IMG/VR virus record: IMGVR_UViG_3300047159_000046
Direction: 5' to 3' (one strand)
Origin: a virus
Lineage: Duplodnaviria; Caudoviricetes
DNA: 64,000 bases
Numbering within the stretch: position 1 is the first letter of the stretch; each line of letters opens with the position of its first letter. The position numbers were made by a program, and so were the translations under genes. The notes below the pieces were generated by a model. It was not told the origin of the DNA. It did not search any database and was given only the letters and a program-made list of their open reading frames with translations. Below, piece by piece: positions 10,865 through 21,368 of the stretch.

Positions 10865-11176
10865 TTATTTTCCGCATATCAGGATCATCAGGTTGCCCAG
10901 TCTGGTATCATTCATTTTCACAAGGACACATCCGTCCGTTTCAACCAGAGGCTCACAGTCCTCGAACAGGCCAATCATTCTGGTCCGTTCGGTTCCCTCC
11001 ACCATATCTACCGATGAGGCTCCCTTTGCCAGCCGTTCAAGACTGGACTTTTTCAGATCCTCGTTACTGTCCACTTGAAGCCATACGGTAGGATCCTCCT
11101 CGTTGGCGATATAGGAGTCGCTGTTCAAACGGCCCATAAACTCTTTTGTTGTCATCTTCTCTTTTAATTGCGCCAC
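10865..11176 (-). CDS. hypothetical protein
   Basis: ORF with GTG start, promoter ~11217-11227. Confidence 0.7.
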   Translation of the reverse strand: MAQLKEKMTTKEFMGRLNSDSYIANEEDPTVWLQVDSNEDLKKSSLERLAKGASSVDMVEGTERTRMIGLFEDCEPLVETDGCVLVKMNDTRLGNLMILICGK

Positions 11177-11288
11177 AGAATGTTAACGGCTGAGGCTTCC
11201 GCTCTAAATTCAACGATACAAAGATATATATAATATTTCAATTATCCAAATATAATATCAAAAAAAATTATAAAGAAATGTTTTTATA

Positions 11289-12278
11289 TTATATTGGATC
11301 ATCCAGCACATTGTTCTTATACTCGAACGCCCCGAAATTCGTGAGCGTCTTATATACAGCCAGCACTTTAAGTTTATCAGCTCCCTCCCAGAGTCCAGCA
11401 TGAATGGTATTCCAAACGGAATCGTTGTCAAACGGCATGACCACAAATACGGGAGCGGGTTTATTCATATCAAAATCAACGAACCAGATTTTCCCGTTCT
11501 CATCAATATTGACTCCGTCATATTTCTTTGCTGATATCTGTTTCAGTCCTTCCTCTACACTTATCCGCTCTATCTTTGCAAACTCCCCACGCCAGTCCCC
11601 CTCATCACAATTCTTGTTGTCATGTGTCTTGTCATAACTCTTCGCCACGTGGATAACAAAAGAATCAAACGGTACATCTGCAAAATCGTCATCTTCTGGA
11701 ACGGCAGCAAGAGCCTCATCGCTTATCTCCTTTTCCACGCCTGTATGTACGGGTACTGAATTTAGTATGTGGTCACAGTCCGCATTTTCACTGCCAGCCA
11801 GCTTAATCCGCAATTTCTGAAAGCCAGCAAGACGTGACTTGAACAGTTCGTTCGTATCATCGAAATGCCGAATATACTGTTCAAGCGTAGCTTGATGTTC
11901 CCGTATGATGGAGCATCCTCTTTTGTACGCATGAATGTTGGCGTCAAGTCTGGCCAGCCGAATTCCTTTGGCCTCATCAAACTTGTCCTGACGGCTGCAT
12001 TTGGCTCTTCCCATAACATAGAACTCGCATGTCCCGTCACCGTTGAACACCACACCCCTGTGGTGAAGCCTCATCGTGCTGTCCACCGAATATTCATTCT
12101 TATGCTTGATGAACAGGTGACCGTAACATGACAAGTCAATGGTACATTTATAACATACAGAAACCTCCCTTTGAGACAATATCTCAGGACTTCCGCACTC
12201 TTTCATTTTTATGCGGATATTGTTCATATCGCTGCCCATATATAAATCACTCTTTTCTTTGTTCATCTTGTTGCTCAT
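11289..12278 (-). CDS. hypothetical phage protein with G.AKC...D.FDE..G..LA domain
   Basis: Motif shared with 36492-36923. Confidence 0.75.
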   Translation of the reverse strand: MSNKMNKEKSDLYMGSDMNNIRIKMKECGSPEILSQREVSVCYKCTIDLSCYGHLFIKHKNEYSVDSTMRLHHRGVVFNGDGTCEFYVMGRAKCSRQDKFDEAKGIRLARLDANIHAYKRGCSIIREHQATLEQYIRHFDDTNELFKSRLAGFQKLRIKLAGSENADCDHILNSVPVHTGVEKEISDEALAAVPEDDDFADVPFDSFVIHVAKSYDKTHDNKNCDEGDWRGEFAKIERISVEEGLKQISAKKYDGVNIDENGKIWFVDFDMNKPAPVFVVMPFDNDSVWNTIHAGLWEGADKLKVLAVYKTLTNFGAFEYKNNVLDDPI

Positions 12279-12739
12279 ATTTTTTTAAAATAGATGTTCT
12301 TTTTATCTGACCTGCAGTATGTCTGGCATGAGCCGACATAGTCCGCAACTGGAACCCAGTCGTAATGGTTGAGATTGTAATCGTTGCATGTATCATTGAA
12401 CACACAGTCCTTGCACCTGTCATAATCGTCTTTGCCAGTCCATTCGGTCACTGTCACACGCAAAGCCTCATCGCCAAGCACAAGAACATCTCCAATAGCA
12501 GCCTCATCGGCAGGAGCCTTGTCCTCTTTCAGGAATACATCCGTATTGTCCGAACGGTCGTAATCGTTGCACTTCAACATGGCTATCGGAAGTTCAAGTT
12601 CGGAACTTACGTCAAATATCTTGCATAAACTGTGAAGCATGCACTTGTCACATCCTTTGCCATCATCCGACTTTTCAACCTTTCCCGAACGAAGCCCCAC
12701 GGTAATCCTGTCTCCTGTTTTGTAATCTGTCATTCTCAT
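12275..12739 (-). CDS. Cys-rich protein with two internal repeats (CxxC..C..C..RSD)
   Basis: CDKC..C..C..DRSD and CKDC..C..C..CRSD repeats. Confidence 0.75.
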   Translation of the reverse strand: MRMTDYKTGDRITVGLRSGKVEKSDDGKGCDKCMLHSLCKIFDVSSELELPIAMLKCNDYDRSDNTDVFLKEDKAPADEAAIGDVLVLGDEALRVTVTEWTGKDDYDRCKDCVFNDTCNDYNLNHYDWVPVADYVGSCQTYCRSDKKNIYFKKI

Positions 12740-13015
12740 TTCCTATATGTTTTATGTTCGCTACAAAGATAATGATAATATTACATATATGCAAACAAAA
12801 AGTGCTGAAACTTTCACAAGCTCCAGCACTTTTCTGTTGATTGTCCTCTACGCCAAGCAGGCCTCAACCGTATTAAACGTGAATAAAAAATTTAACTACA
12901 AAAAAAATTAGTAAAAATGGTAAACTATAAATATCATCAATATTCATTGACACTACAAAGATAGTGTTTGTTTTTTATATATGCAAATTTTTTATCAATT
13001 ATTTAAAAATTATTT

Positions 13016-13534
13016 TTAAAATCCGCAAAGATACACTTCTTTCAAAACATAGGTCCCGTGATTGTCCAGCCATGACACCATATCAATATCCGTCATGATG
13101 TTGTCAAGGTCGTTGTCAAACACGAACAGCACGTTGCTGTCAACGGATCCAATCTCATACGGAAGCATGGTGTTGATATCACGGAACATGTCATACGCAC
13201 TCCCACCCAATACGGTCTTGTCCATCATGTTCTGTACGGCATAGCTCAATCCGTCATGCAGCACTCTCAGATAATGCTGGTAGGCTTTTATGCCGAATGA
13301 CTTGTCAATGGTCAGCAGGTTATTGATTGGGCTGATATGTATCATTCCTCCCATACCGCTGTTGTCATCCAGATACAGCACCGCTTCGGTCTGCTCTTTC
13401 GCATCGTCAATCCTGTCGGCTCTGGCGATTGACATCATCAACCCTTTCCCCTCGTTCACTATTCTGTCCTCGTTGATGAGGCTCTCTTTGTCCCTGTTCT
13501 CTGCGGAAACAATATGATACAAATATGTGTTCAT
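13016..13534 (-). CDS. hypothetical protein
   Basis: ORF. Confidence 0.75.
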   Translation of the reverse strand: MNTYLYHIVSAENRDKESLINEDRIVNEGKGLMMSIARADRIDDAKEQTEAVLYLDDNSGMGGMIHISPINNLLTIDKSFGIKAYQHYLRVLHDGLSYAVQNMMDKTVLGGSAYDMFRDINTMLPYEIGSVDSNVLFVFDNDLDNIMTDIDMVSWLDNHGTYVLKEVYLCGF

Positions 13535-13633
13535 TTTATTAATTTTTTTTTATTTGTTATTTATATTTTAAAAAAATTATAAGCCAGCATTTGGTACACC
13601 GAATGTATATATGCGGAATATCCAATTTGTATG

Positions 13634-14872
13634 TCAAGCCTCATCAATACGTTTGACGTTGTGGCTTGTCATGAGTATATCGATGGCATCCAATACTGCC
13701 CTTGTGGTTATATCCTCCGCTCTTAATACAATGGCGTTGGATGGATTTCCGTCAAGATAATTGATTAGCATCGTCTTGTCATCGCAGGCAAATTCAAGAC
13801 GGGCCTCATCCTTTTCAAGATTGTGCACTTTGAGGTAAATCTTGTGGGTATTGGCGGTGTCTATCACCTGTGACATGGTAAGCGGATACATTGCTGGCAA
13901 AAAGTAGGTCCACAGATACATGACAATTCCCTGCAATCCGACAATATCCTTGACTGCTGATTCTATGCTTGCTACGTCATAAGGAGCGCACACCTCACAT
14001 GTCTGCATCGCTACATTGTTGAAAGGGTTTCCGTCTGGTGTAACATACAGTCTGTTAATAGATATCTTTCGGTCTCCATTGTCCATATCGAAAAATATCT
14101 TGTCATACAGCAGTGATTTTTTGAATTTGAACTCGATGAATCCTTTTTCTGGCTCTGCAGTACTTAACTCCTTGACATCCTTTTTGTTCTCACCCGTGAC
14201 ATCGTACACTTTTTCCATTATGGTATAGATAACGTCTATCCGACTTGGCGTGGTATATTCATATACCTTTTGAAGAGCCTCATCCAGAGTGCCATATTCA
14301 TTGCTGACATATCCTCCGTTGCCGTAACCGAATTCTTTGTAGTTGCCGTAGCCGAAAACTTTGTATGTTGCCGAATTGTCCTTGTCGGAATAGTCTCTGT
14401 GCAGATTTATAAGTGCCATGCCGTTCCGTTGGGCTTCAATGGAATATCTGCTTGGTGTCCCGCTCTCCACCATGCTTGTGATGCTCCACTCTTTCTGGTT
14501 GATGTGTCTTTTCATTTCCATGGCATCGTGGACCATTGACGACATGCCGAATGACTGCTTGATTGTTCTGTACCATTCAAGCGTTTTATGTTTGTCAGCC
14601 TCATCAATATTCAATGATACAGTCTGTCCGTCTGTCCCGACTTTATCAATCTCCACTCTGTTTTTCACTGGAAGCAGTTTCATTGTTATGTTTCTGCAAT
14701 ATGGAAATCCCAGATGCTGAAAATCGAACTCAAGAATACTCATATCATCCTCGTCTACAATCATCTGTGTGGTGTAATTGTATCTGTCGGCTCCGAATAT
14801 GGTTGTCATAACGCTTTTCAGCTCCACCGCCATACTGTTTTTCCAAAAAAACTTGTCTTTCTGTTTTTTCAT
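13634..14872 (-). CDS. hypothetical protein (412 aa)
   Basis: Long ORF. Confidence 0.8.
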   Translation of the reverse strand: MKKQKDKFFWKNSMAVELKSVMTTIFGADRYNYTTQMIVDEDDMSILEFDFQHLGFPYCRNITMKLLPVKNRVEIDKVGTDGQTVSLNIDEADKHKTLEWYRTIKQSFGMSSMVHDAMEMKRHINQKEWSITSMVESGTPSRYSIEAQRNGMALINLHRDYSDKDNSATYKVFGYGNYKEFGYGNGGYVSNEYGTLDEALQKVYEYTTPSRIDVIYTIMEKVYDVTGENKKDVKELSTAEPEKGFIEFKFKKSLLYDKIFFDMDNGDRKISINRLYVTPDGNPFNNVAMQTCEVCAPYDVASIESAVKDIVGLQGIVMYLWTYFLPAMYPLTMSQVIDTANTHKIYLKVHNLEKDEARLEFACDDKTMLINYLDGNPSNAIVLRAEDITTRAVLDAIDILMTSHNVKRIDEA

Positions 14873-15009
14873 ATTATGTCTTTAACTAAGTCCGCCGTTC
14901 ATTAGGTCCTCCAACACAAACAAGCCAAACGCCAACCCACATCCAATAAAAAACAGTGCGACAAAACCGCCAATGGCTGCCAATATGTAAAGAATAATCA
15001 TCCACATGG

Positions 15010-17025
15010 TTATTTGCCCTCCTGTTTTTCGGTTACCTCAATCTGTCTGATACACTCCTCGCAGTCGTGAATGATTTTCTTGTAGTCCAGCTTTCTCTGT
15101 TCCGCTTCGCTATATCCAGCATCCACTTTCTGTCTCAATACTCGCTTGACAATATCGTGGTCCCAGCTGTTAAGTTCGGGGTAATCAATCCATATTGTCC
15201 ATGGCTGTATGAAGTGCTTTGAGTAGTTGCTTGTTCCTGCGTTGTCGTTTCTTACTCCGCTGTTGTCAATGATTCCAAGTCTTTCAAGCTCCTTGTATAA
15301 TCTTGCTGAAATCTGCTTGCACTTACAATCATCCTTGCACATTTCATTTGATATTACCTTGTCGTTGATATCTGAAATATGGTGTTCATTCTGCATGTTC
15401 TCCATAAATTCCTCTATCTGCTCTGGTGTCACATCGTTTATTGATGAGGCTTTTTTCTTTTCTTTCAGGCTCTTTGCGAACTCGTCAATCTTGTCTCTTG
15501 TCTCGTGCATCTTCTGGAATTCCTCCTTGTCCTCTTTTGACAGGTTTTTATCGGACATCACAATATGTTCCTGATCATTGGCCTCATCATATACACGTTT
15601 CTGTTTCGCTATCTCCATTGCTATCCATTCTCCAACACCCTCTGGACAATTCAATGGATAACTAATATATGTAATCATTGATGGCTCGCCCTGTGTGGTA
15701 TAATTGACTTGGCTTTCTTCTATATAAACCGAATCATCGTTTATTTGGATATCAAAAAACAATTTGTATGGGAACCACTCCAGTTCACAACGGACTCCCA
15801 TCCATGTGTAGGTATAAGACAACAATGTCCCTTTGTTATATCGCTCTATCTCTTTTCTGTACTTTTCGATCAAGTTGAGCAGGTCCTCAAACTTGTCCGT
15901 TGTGTCATCATAGCATCGCTCGACTACAGCTGACTCTTCTTCGCCAAGGTATTCATCGCCTGACTTGACTACAGCTTCTGGCTTTCTTTCTCCCATGTCT
16001 TTCTTTTCTGCCGATATACATCCAGGTCCACCTACAATGATATCCCTGATGTTGTCTGGCACTTCTTTCTGGCTCTCCTCCTGCTCGTTCTGCATATCGC
16101 ATGAATTGTCTGCAATCCAACGGCCAAGGTCGAATGATGTCTGGCTGGACATGACGTTGTACGGAACATTGCTGTCTCCAACGTATTTAGTGCATACATA
16201 TTCTCCGTATCTCTCGTCAACGGTTATCTTGAATACCTCGTTTCCTTTGGTATTCTTTGCTATAAGCGTGCCTTGGGTGTTCATATCATATTCAAGATAT
16301 CCGTATTCCTTGTCTATCTCTGTCTGCAATTTGTTGTCTCTCAGTGTCTGTTTGAGATACTCGTTACGGTTAAGTATCTCTGTCGCATACTGGCTGTTGA
16401 TGTACCACTTTTTGGCTTTGTCGTACATATCCTTTCCGACATTGACGAACTGTCTTGGCTTGTCGCAGTCAATACAGATGATGCGACCTGAATAGTCGTA
16501 CGAAATCATAGGATAGGTTGATGAAGGTCTGAATTTGCTGAACGGATTCCTGTATTCAACTCCCACTCCCACGACTGGATTGCTGTTGATGCTGGCCACA
16601 ATCTTTAAGCACAACGGCTCCATGGACACGGCCCACTCTTCCCATGAGTCCCACAGACCGTTCCTGTTGTCCTTTGCCCGCAGGTGAATGGTCGGATCCA
16701 TGAAATCCTTTAGCTCAAACGCTTTGTAATCTATGTCCTCTATAAACGTTCTATCTTCCCCCCATACTCTGAACTCTTTGAGAATAAGGCATTTGTCTTG
16801 CTTGTCAAACATGGACACGATAACATCAAAGTACATGTAGCTAATCATAAATTCAGCATCCGCTCTGTTGTACGCTCCTTTGGGATCTATATAGGACCTG
16901 TCGTTCGCTTCGGGACTATCATCATAACTTACCGTCACCCCTCCGCCAAAATCCTCGTTGACAATTTTTGACAGCTCCTCAAACTTCTCTTTCAGATTCA
17001 TCTGATTCTCATCTTTTGTACTCAT
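15010..17025 (-). CDS. large multidomain protein with C-terminal DUF3310-like domain
   Basis: C-terminal GTSNYSKHFIQPW..IVKRVLR..LDYKKIIH pattern; start probably MSTKDE. Confidence 0.6.
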   Translation of the reverse strand: MSTKDENQMNLKEKFEELSKIVNEDFGGGVTVSYDDSPEANDRSYIDPKGAYNRADAEFMISYMYFDVIVSMFDKQDKCLILKEFRVWGEDRTFIEDIDYKAFELKDFMDPTIHLRAKDNRNGLWDSWEEWAVSMEPLCLKIVASINSNPVVGVGVEYRNPFSKFRPSSTYPMISYDYSGRIICIDCDKPRQFVNVGKDMYDKAKKWYINSQYATEILNRNEYLKQTLRDNKLQTEIDKEYGYLEYDMNTQGTLIAKNTKGNEVFKITVDERYGEYVCTKYVGDSNVPYNVMSSQTSFDLGRWIADNSCDMQNEQEESQKEVPDNIRDIIVGGPGCISAEKKDMGERKPEAVVKSGDEYLGEEESAVVERCYDDTTDKFEDLLNLIEKYRKEIERYNKGTLLSYTYTWMGVRCELEWFPYKLFFDIQINDDSVYIEESQVNYTTQGEPSMITYISYPLNCPEGVGEWIAMEIAKQKRVYDEANDQEHIVMSDKNLSKEDKEEFQKMHETRDKIDEFAKSLKEKKKASSINDVTPEQIEEFMENMQNEHHISDINDKVISNEMCKDDCKCKQISARLYKELERLGIIDNSGVRNDNAGTSNYSKHFIQPWTIWIDYPELNSWDHDIVKRVLRQKVDAGYSEAEQRKLDYKKIIHDCEECIRQIEVTEKQEGK

Positions 17026-17153
17026 ATAATATAATTTTATTATCTGCAAATATATGTGTTTTTATTTGTATTCTTTCTTTTTTCAACAAAAAAAAGCAGC
17101 CAGATAACGTTTTTTAACATTTCTGGCTGCTTTATTATGCTGATAGTTTTCCC

Positions 17154-17660
17154 TTATTGCTGTCCGTTGGCGGAGTCCTTGCTTATTCCCGACTGTATTC
17201 TTTTCAGGTTGTCCATGGCTCCAAGACTCCAGTCGTAGGCTTGTTTGTAATTTCCCTGCTCTATGCACTGGGACATCTTCTCCATCTGGGCATTGGCATA
17301 CTGGCAATACGTCAGGAATGAGTTGTTGTACGCATCCCGTGACTGGTTCTGGCTGTTGCCTCCTGCGTTGGCCTGCGTGAACTGGTACTTGCCATTCTTG
17401 TCCTGCTGCGCATATCCGAACCGCTGCTGTTGTGGCTGCTGTTGCTGCTGCTGTCCGTTCCCGTTGTTCTGCTGTTGCTGTTGTCCGTTATTGCCTGCTG
17501 GATATGGATTGGCTTGGTAACTCTGATTGTTCCCTCCGTTCACAAATCCGTTCCACGCTCCTCGCATGCGGTTCATCATCCCTTCGTTCAATGCTCGGCT
17601 GATGTTCTTACTGATTATTCTGTCCAGCCTGCGCTCGTTTATCATTCTTCTCATTGTCAT
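17154..17660 (-). CDS. Gln/Asn/Gly-rich protein with RR..I.E..L.RII..ALNE leader (putative virion internal protein)
   Basis: CAG-rich low complexity; TATTTATA motif upstream (~17671-17678). Confidence 0.75.
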   Translation of the reverse strand: MTMRRMINERRLDRIISKNISRALNEGMMNRMRGAWNGFVNGGNNQSYQANPYPAGNNGQQQQQNNGNGQQQQQQPQQQRFGYAQQDKNGKYQFTQANAGGNSQNQSRDAYNNSFLTYCQYANAQMEKMSQCIEQGNYKQAYDWSLGAMDNLKRIQSGISKDSANGQQ

Positions 17661-18335
17661 TTTATTTGTTTATAAATAGTATCTTTTTTCATATACCTTA
17701 TATATATGACAAAAAAAAATCTTGGCTAACCATACTCCTTTTTTTCGTACAGCCAACCTAAACCGTTTATTTTCAGTGACTTAATTGCAGTATATAAATG
17801 CAGAATCGCGAGTTTGGCAATGCCGTAGCGGGTCCTTATCTTACCCTGCGTTTTCTACTGCTATCTCATCACTTTATGTCCGAACGGCTCCTGTCTACTT
17901 CGTTCATCGTACCTGTCGGCTTCTGCTAAGCGGGGTCCTAAGACAATGCCCATCGGCTCTATCGGTATCCAGTACTTTCGATTTCTTCCGTTCACTCTAT
18001 AAATAGTACCACAATCACTTTTTTCTGCTTTTTTTCGTGTTTTATTTGCTTTTCTTATTCCTTTTCCGTATCTTTGTCCTGTAAACAATTAAACAATATG
18101 CAGAAAAAGAAAAAACATACAGCTCTCCAGCATTTCCCATGACGGACAGTGGAATTTCGCTGAACGTTTAAGTTTTTTAACATTTAAACTACTTGTTTAA
18201 CTTTAAGTGGTTAAAGCGTTGATACTCAACAATATAAGCATTAAAGTCTAAAGTATCGGTTTAGATGTTAAATTTCCTTAAAATTATTTAAACAATTTGT
18301 TGAGGTCTTTTGATGCAACTCGCTGATTATCAGGC

Positions 18336-18766
18336 ACGTAAAGAAAGTACGCAATCGACTGGGAAGCGAACGTAGATATAGTACGGTGCCGACTTGGGAG
18401 CGAACGTAAAACGGTAAAGTGCTTACGGCACTTCCGAGCGGTAGTGTTTAAAGGCGAACGTAGATAAAGTACTCAATCGACTGGGAAGCGAACGTAGAGA
18501 GAGTACGGTGCCGACTTAGGAACAGGCGTAAAACGGCAAAGTGTTTAGGGCACTTCCGAGCTGGAGTATCAGGGAACAAACGTAAAGAGAGTACGCAACC
18601 GAATTGGGAACAAACGTAAAAATAGAATAGTGTCGACTGGGGAGCGAACGTAAAACGTTTAAGTGTTTAGGGCACTTCCGAGCGAGAGTACTTAAAGGCG
18701 AACGTAAAGACAGTACGGTGCTGACTTAAAAACGGACGTAAAACGACTAAGTAAAACGACTAAGTA
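18336..18766. repeat. higher-order tandem repeat, 122-bp unit (34+34+54), candidate replication origin
   Basis: (A/G)CGTA cores at 18336, 18370, 18404, 18458, 18492, 18526, 18580, 18614, 18648, 18702, 18736; sits at a strand and skew switch. Confidence 0.85.
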
Positions 18767-18791
18767 ATTACATAAAAAAACAAAAAAAAAT

Positions 18792-19301
18792 ATGAGTGAG
18801 AATATTATTAGTGAAGCGATTGGTTTTGACTATCGCAGTTGTGTAGGGAATGGGAGTGTATTCAAGTTTCCGTTAGACAGATACAGGTATATTACACTGG
18901 AGCGGGGTACTGGGAACGTGGTATCGTTATGGGAGGAGCGTAACAATGTCACATGCAGTGGGCTTGTGCCTTGCAGGTTGTGGGAGAAGAGGATGGAGAC
19001 AGAGGGGCCTGATGGGTTGAATTTCTTTGACATGTTGTTTTTTGATGCGATGGGGATAAAGAAGAAGAGGGTGTATATGGAGATAGGTCAAGACGGGATA
19101 ATGGAGTTTAGGAGTGGGGAATATCCACATGAGGGCATTAGGATAAGGATTAACGGCCATGATAATTTAGCCAATAATATATATTGCAGGATGGACAAGG
19201 ATGAGGAGGGAAATGCAGGTATGAGTTGCAGGATAAAGGATGACGGGTGTTGTGACAGCGTGAATGGATTATGGGGGATGATTTCCGAAAAAAATGTATA
19301 G
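18792..19301 (+). CDS. paralogous family protein 1
   Basis: GLNFFDMLFFDAMG..IGQDG motif shared with next genes. Confidence 0.75.
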   Translation: MSENIISEAIGFDYRSCVGNGSVFKFPLDRYRYITLERGTGNVVSLWEERNNVTCSGLVPCRLWEKRMETEGPDGLNFFDMLFFDAMGIKKKRVYMEIGQDGIMEFRSGEYPHEGIRIRINGHDNLANNIYCRMDKDEEGNAGMSCRIKDDGCCDSVNGLWGMISEKNV

Positions 19302-19370
19302 TAAAAAGTTGCATATAAGAAAAGAAACAGTTAACTTTGTGGGGTAAATAAAAAAAAGAAAATAAATAAA

Positions 19371-19847
19371 ATGAAAAAGAAGTATATTGCGGATGGGTTC
19401 TCAACGATTGAGAATATGGACTGTTTCAGGTTCAGGTGTGGTAGTGGTGTATACATGCAGCTGTCGAGGGATGGGAATAGGATATCGCTTATGGTAAAGG
19501 AAAAGGGAAAAGAAGCGCATGAGATAATGGGTATCAATATATGTATAAAGTATCCTGTGGGGTTGAATCTGTTTGACCTGTTGTATTACAACGCTATGGG
19601 ATTAAGGTGTAAAAGGGTGACAATGACTATTGGTCATGACGGGTATATTTCATTTGGGACCTTTGGTGGTAAAGGGGAGAATATAAAGATAGTCATCAGT
19701 GACCATGGTTCTTCCAATGTAAAGATATATGGTGGTGGAAATGGGAACTGGGTTGGAGTGACACATTTCTATGATTGTTATTCGGATGAGATATATGCTG
19801 TGGAAAAGATCAAGAGTCTCTGGTTGTTGCTAAATGCGATAGGATGA
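19371..19847 (+). CDS. paralogous family protein 2
   Basis: GLNLFDLLYYNAMG..IGHDG. Confidence 0.75.
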   Translation: MKKKYIADGFSTIENMDCFRFRCGSGVYMQLSRDGNRISLMVKEKGKEAHEIMGINICIKYPVGLNLFDLLYYNAMGLRCKRVTMTIGHDGYISFGTFGGKGENIKIVISDHGSSNVKIYGGGNGNWVGVTHFYDCYSDEIYAVEKIKSLWLLLNAIG

Positions 19848-19941
19848 GAAAAAAGACCATATTACTGGGGGGAGTAAAATGGTCTGGGGTGTTGGATGGT
19901 GGATTATTATTCAGCAATAGAATATATAGATGTTCCCCATG

Positions 19942-20220
19942 TGTTCCCCCTCCTTGTTTTACGGTTAATTGGGGATTACGGGGGAACATTGATTAAACAA
20001 TGAAACAATATTTTTTTAATTATATATATATGATAGACGATAATAAAGATAAAGAAGAGGACAACAAGCAGGGCTTGGATAATAGCGTGGCGGATATGAG
20101 TGATTTGTGGTGTATTCCCTGCGGTATGGTGGTAATAAACAAAACAAAACAATAGATATATGTTTTTTCTCCCTCCCCCCCCCTCCGTGTTTTACGGTTA
20201 ATTGGGGATTACGGGGGGGA
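19942..20220. repeat. two copies of C-rich/G-rich hairpin with core TGTTTTACGGTTAATTGGGGATTACGGGGG
   Basis: Identical 30-nt cores at 19955-19984 and 20188-20217. Confidence 0.8.
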
Positions 20221-20255
20221 AAATATAAATAATAAAATAATAAATAAATAAGAAA

Positions 20256-20831
20256 ATGATACGATTAATTGCAGCTAAAAACGGCAGTTTCGGATATAAT
20301 TGGGTGTATATCAAACAAGACGTTTTTAATTTTTATGTTACAGACAAATATGGACATGTGGATACAGAGTGTCCGCTAAGAATTAGCCTTGTTCACGGGA
20401 CAGACAACATACTGACACTGGACATGTCCCATGATATGGACAATGTTGATTTGAAAGGACAGGCCAAATACGATGTGACACTGTGGAGCATGGACATGAG
20501 ACTTGAGCAAAGCGTAATATTGCGCAACCTTCTGTTTTTCTCAAGTATCAGTGATGCCAATGATGATATCGAAATGAAGATAGAAGCAGACGGAAAACTT
20601 TCCATGGGAATAAAGGGAAAGATACAGATACAGATAATCATCAGCGATGATGATCCGTGGAGTCTGCGTATAGCAACACATGGAGCAAAAATGGCAAAAG
20701 ACAATGTGATACAATGCGACTTTGCAGATAATCATCACATATCAAAAGAAGGTATATGTATCAGGTCCCTGTATGAAATAATGAAAAGTATGGGAGCCTA
20801 TGATTCCAATTGCGATGAATCGGATAAATAA
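20256..20831 (+). CDS. paralogous family protein 3 (divergent)
   Basis: TLWSMDM..NLLFF..IEADG. Confidence 0.7.
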   Translation: MIRLIAAKNGSFGYNWVYIKQDVFNFYVTDKYGHVDTECPLRISLVHGTDNILTLDMSHDMDNVDLKGQAKYDVTLWSMDMRLEQSVILRNLLFFSSISDANDDIEMKIEADGKLSMGIKGKIQIQIIISDDDPWSLRIATHGAKMAKDNVIQCDFADNHHISKEGICIRSLYEIMKSMGAYDSNCDESDK

Positions 20832-20843
20832 AAATAAACAAAT

Positions 20844-21368
20844 ATGATAGAATTAATAGCGAGTAACAGAAAGCAGATCCTAAGGGATGATTTATCCGAT
20901 AATGACTATCTTGTATTCCCTGTAAAAACTGGAGAAAAAAACACAATAGAGCTGGCACTTAAAAGATCAGAATGTGGAATCAACAGATTAACTCTGCGTA
21001 TGAAAAGAAATTTTGACGATGTCGGGAAGTTGCCATCTATCATCAAGTTATGGGAGGTGGATATGGATATGAATTCATCGGTCAATATATGTGACCTTTT
21101 ATGTTTTGGCAGTCTTGATGGCAATCAGGATATCTTTGTCAACATAAGCGAAAATGGAGGACTGGTGTTTTTTCTAAAGAACGGAATCCATATACATTAT
21201 CATGACGTTCACACACAAATCAAATTCACATACAACAAAGACAATAAGTTTGATGACGGTCCCAATACCGCAGGTATGACTCTAAGAAATGCCGATACAT
21301 ATCCAGATTACGACATAAAAGCGTTATATCAAATTCTAAAGGAATTCGGATGCAAGGACAAGGAATAA
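20844..21368 (+). CDS. paralogous family protein 4 (divergent)
   Basis: KLWEVDM..NICDLLCF..ISENG. Confidence 0.7.
   Translation: MIELIASNRKQILRDDLSDNDYLVFPVKTGEKNTIELALKRSECGINRLTLRMKRNFDDVGKLPSIIKLWEVDMDMNSSVNICDLLCFGSLDGNQDIFVNISENGGLVFFLKNGIHIHYHDVHTQIKFTYNKDNKFDDGPNTAGMTLRNADTYPDYDIKALYQILKEFGCKDKE

Noticed and set aside
17785-18088. ORFs or tRNA left of the origin repeat
   Set aside because: Skewed low-complexity sequence with small hairpins; no cloverleaf or convincing coding signal seen
18336-18766. CRISPR array
   Set aside because: Inter-core sequences are themselves homologous with 122-bp periodicity; no unique spacers and no cas genes adjacent
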